From a virus, in IMG/VR virus record IMGVR_UViG_3300045988_151594: a stretch of 52,993 bases of DNA; one strand, 5' to 3'. Within the stretch, counting starts at the first letter, position 1, and the number at the start of each line of letters is the position of its first letter. Shown one piece after another: positions 51,561 through 52,993 of this stretch. The notes under the pieces are model-generated. The model ran no database searches and had not been told where the DNA came from. It saw only the letters and a list, made by a program, of their open reading frames with translations. The translations under genes were made by a program, and so were the position numbers.

Positions 51561-51884
51561 ATGAAAAATATATGCAATACTTGTAAATATGAAATATATG
51601 AATTTTGCAAAAAAGTAGGGTTGGAAAGTATAGATAAAAATGGAAAATGTTTTATTTATAAAGAAGATGTCTATAAAGAACATGGACTAAGAAAAGTTGA
51701 AGTAATAGAAATAAATCGTTATAGAGAGCTTGATAGCGATACGCCTAATAATAAAAGTTTCATAGCTTATTTTCATAAGTGGTTTGAATCTGAAAATGAA
51801 TTATATGCAATTGTAGAAGACACGAAAGGGAATGTTGAAAAATTAAATGCATTTGATTTTAACTTTAAATTTATAAATATCTAA
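51561..51884 (+). CDS. Hypothetical protein
   Basis: 107-aa ORF with RBS 'aaggagg'. Confidence 0.55.
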   Translation: MKNICNTCKYEIYEFCKKVGLESIDKNGKCFIYKEDVYKEHGLRKVEVIEINRYRELDSDTPNNKSFIAYFHKWFESENELYAIVEDTKGNVEKLNAFDFNFKFINI

Positions 51885-51905
51885 TAATTAAAGGAGGATA
51901 AATAA

Positions 51906-52145
51906 ATGAATTGGATATTAGATGAAACTATATATAATTTAAAATCTAGAATTTCAGCTTTAGAAAAAGTTATAAATAACGAAGAAGTAAATCGTATTTA
52001 TAAAATGTCAAAGGTTGAAGAAATTAAATTCCTAAAAGAAATACTACAAGAAATTGATGAAATGATGCAAGAAGAAGTAAGGGACCTTGAGAAAGCAGAT
52101 GAAGATGAAAGAGAAAATAGAGCAGATGCTTACATGGGAATATAA
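51906..52145 (+). CDS. Hypothetical coiled-coil acidic protein
   Basis: 79-aa ORF with RBS 'aaggagg'. Confidence 0.55.
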   Translation: MNWILDETIYNLKSRISALEKVINNEEVNRIYKMSKVEEIKFLKEILQEIDEMMQEEVRDLEKADEDERENRADAYMGI

Positions 52146-52222
52146 AAAAGGCCCTATAAAATAGGACCCAATGGAAATTGATACTAAGTTAATTATACCA
52201 CAATAACAAAAGAGGTGTAAAT

Positions 52223-52516
52223 ATGAGAATTAGAGATAGTTATTTAAATCAAGAGCCGACTTTTGAGAATAGACTACTTTATGCAATGTACACCAATAAA
52301 TACGATGATAATGCAGAGGAAGCATGGGGTTTTATTGATGGAGCAAGGGAATGTTTAGAAGGATATAAACCTATTGAAGAACTTGAAGAATATATACAAA
52401 AGTATGAAATAGATAACAGCCCTTTGACAATATATGACAGGGGATATTTGCAAGCATATAGGGATTTTGTAAAACAAGAAAAGACTAAGGAGTGTGAAAC
52501 TAATGAATCTATATGA
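52223..52516 (+). CDS. Hypothetical protein
   Basis: 97-aa ORF with RBS 'agaggtg'. It overlaps the ERF start by 14 nt. Confidence 0.55.
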   Translation: MRIRDSYLNQEPTFENRLLYAMYTNKYDDNAEEAWGFIDGARECLEGYKPIEELEEYIQKYEIDNSPLTIYDRGYLQAYRDFVKQEKTKECETNESI

Positions 52517-52993
52517 AAAGTTATCGGCAATACAAAGTAAATTAAAAGCACCTAAAAATCAATATAACAACTTTGGGAAATACAACTACAGAAGTTGTGA
52601 AGATATATTAGAAGGATTAAAACCTTTATTACTGGAGTATAAAGCTACAGTTACTTTATCAGATGAAATAAAACAGATAGGCGATAGATATTATTTAGAA
52701 GCTACGGCAACTTTTGTAGACACCGAAAAAGGAGATAAGATAGAAGTTAAGGCATTAGCTAGAGAAGATGAAACTAAGAAAGGAATGGATTTGGCTCAGG
52801 TTACTGGTTCGGTTAGTTCATATGCTAGAAAATATGCTTTAAACGGGCTATTTGCAATAGATGATACAAAAGATAGTGATGCTACTAATAAGCATGATCA
52901 TGATAAAGACAAGCCTAGTCAATCACCGGATATATGGAATAATAGTAAATTATCAGAAAAACAAATAAGCAGATTATATGCAATAGCTTATAG
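52503..52993 (+). CDS. erf: ERF-family single-strand annealing recombinase, N-terminal part (runs off the window, continues at 120..252)
   Basis: 'MNLYEKLSAIQSKLKAPKNQYNNFGKYNYRSCEDILEGLKPLLLEYKATV...SVSSYARKYALNGLFAIDD' is the ERF signature. There is no stop before the window end. Confidence 0.85.
   Translation, partial: MNLYEKLSAIQSKLKAPKNQYNNFGKYNYRSCEDILEGLKPLLLEYKATVTLSDEIKQIGDRYYLEATATFVDTEKGDKIEVKALAREDETKKGMDLAQVTGSVSSYARKYALNGLFAIDDTKDSDATNKHDHDKDKPSQSPDIWNNSKLSEKQISRLYAIAY
52875..52993. repeat. Terminal direct repeat, copy 2 (identical to 1..119)
   Basis: Read directly. Confidence 0.95.

Overview
The window is a low-GC (about 30%) temperate phage or prophage genome with a PBSX-like contractile tail, from a Clostridium-like Firmicute. 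It appears to be a closed or circularly permuted molecule. Bases 1-119 are identical to 52875-52993, and an ERF recombinase gene reads in frame across that junction, giving a unique length of 52,874 bp.

Gene order:
- Replication and early genes (ERF, HNH, DnaD-like replisome organiser, sporulation-type sigma factor, VRR-NUC, Spo0E-like peptide, ThyX-fold protein, MazG-like, RinA/ArpU-like late activator).
- An ORF-free, hairpin-rich region of about 680 nt that ends in a terminator.
- Packaging genes (terS, terL, portal, head morphogenesis).
- Head genes (scaffold, major capsid, connectors).
- A PBSX-type tail and baseplate (sheath, tube, chaperone with -1 frameshift, tape measure, LysM protein, multi-hydrolase hub, XkdR/S/T/U-like proteins).
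- Two tail-fibre loci, then lysis (holin, amidase).
- A leftward cargo block (lipoprotein, CoiA-like protein, antirepressor, RHH proteins).
- A rightward cassette of two small membrane proteins plus a 760-aa P-loop ATPase.
- A candidate attP, the integrase and a CI/Cro switch.

Features the ORF track does not show:
- Two related group I introns, each carrying an HNH homing endonuclease. They split the major capsid gene and an HK97-gp10-like head-tail gene.
- Single reading-frame breaks in terL, the head-morphogenesis gene and the tape-measure gene.
- A classical A_AAA_AAC -1 frameshift site in the tail chaperone.
- Four GGAC(A/T) boxes spaced exactly 11 bp apart.

Best candidates for something new:
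- The orphan T4SS-like membrane-protein/ATPase cassette beside attP.
- A stand-alone 91-aa protein carrying the NrdD glycyl-radical C-terminus.
- The long structured late leader RNA.
- A P22 immI-like RHH/antirepressor module.

I saw no tRNA, rRNA or CRISPR array. All family assignments come from motif recognition by eye; no searches were run.
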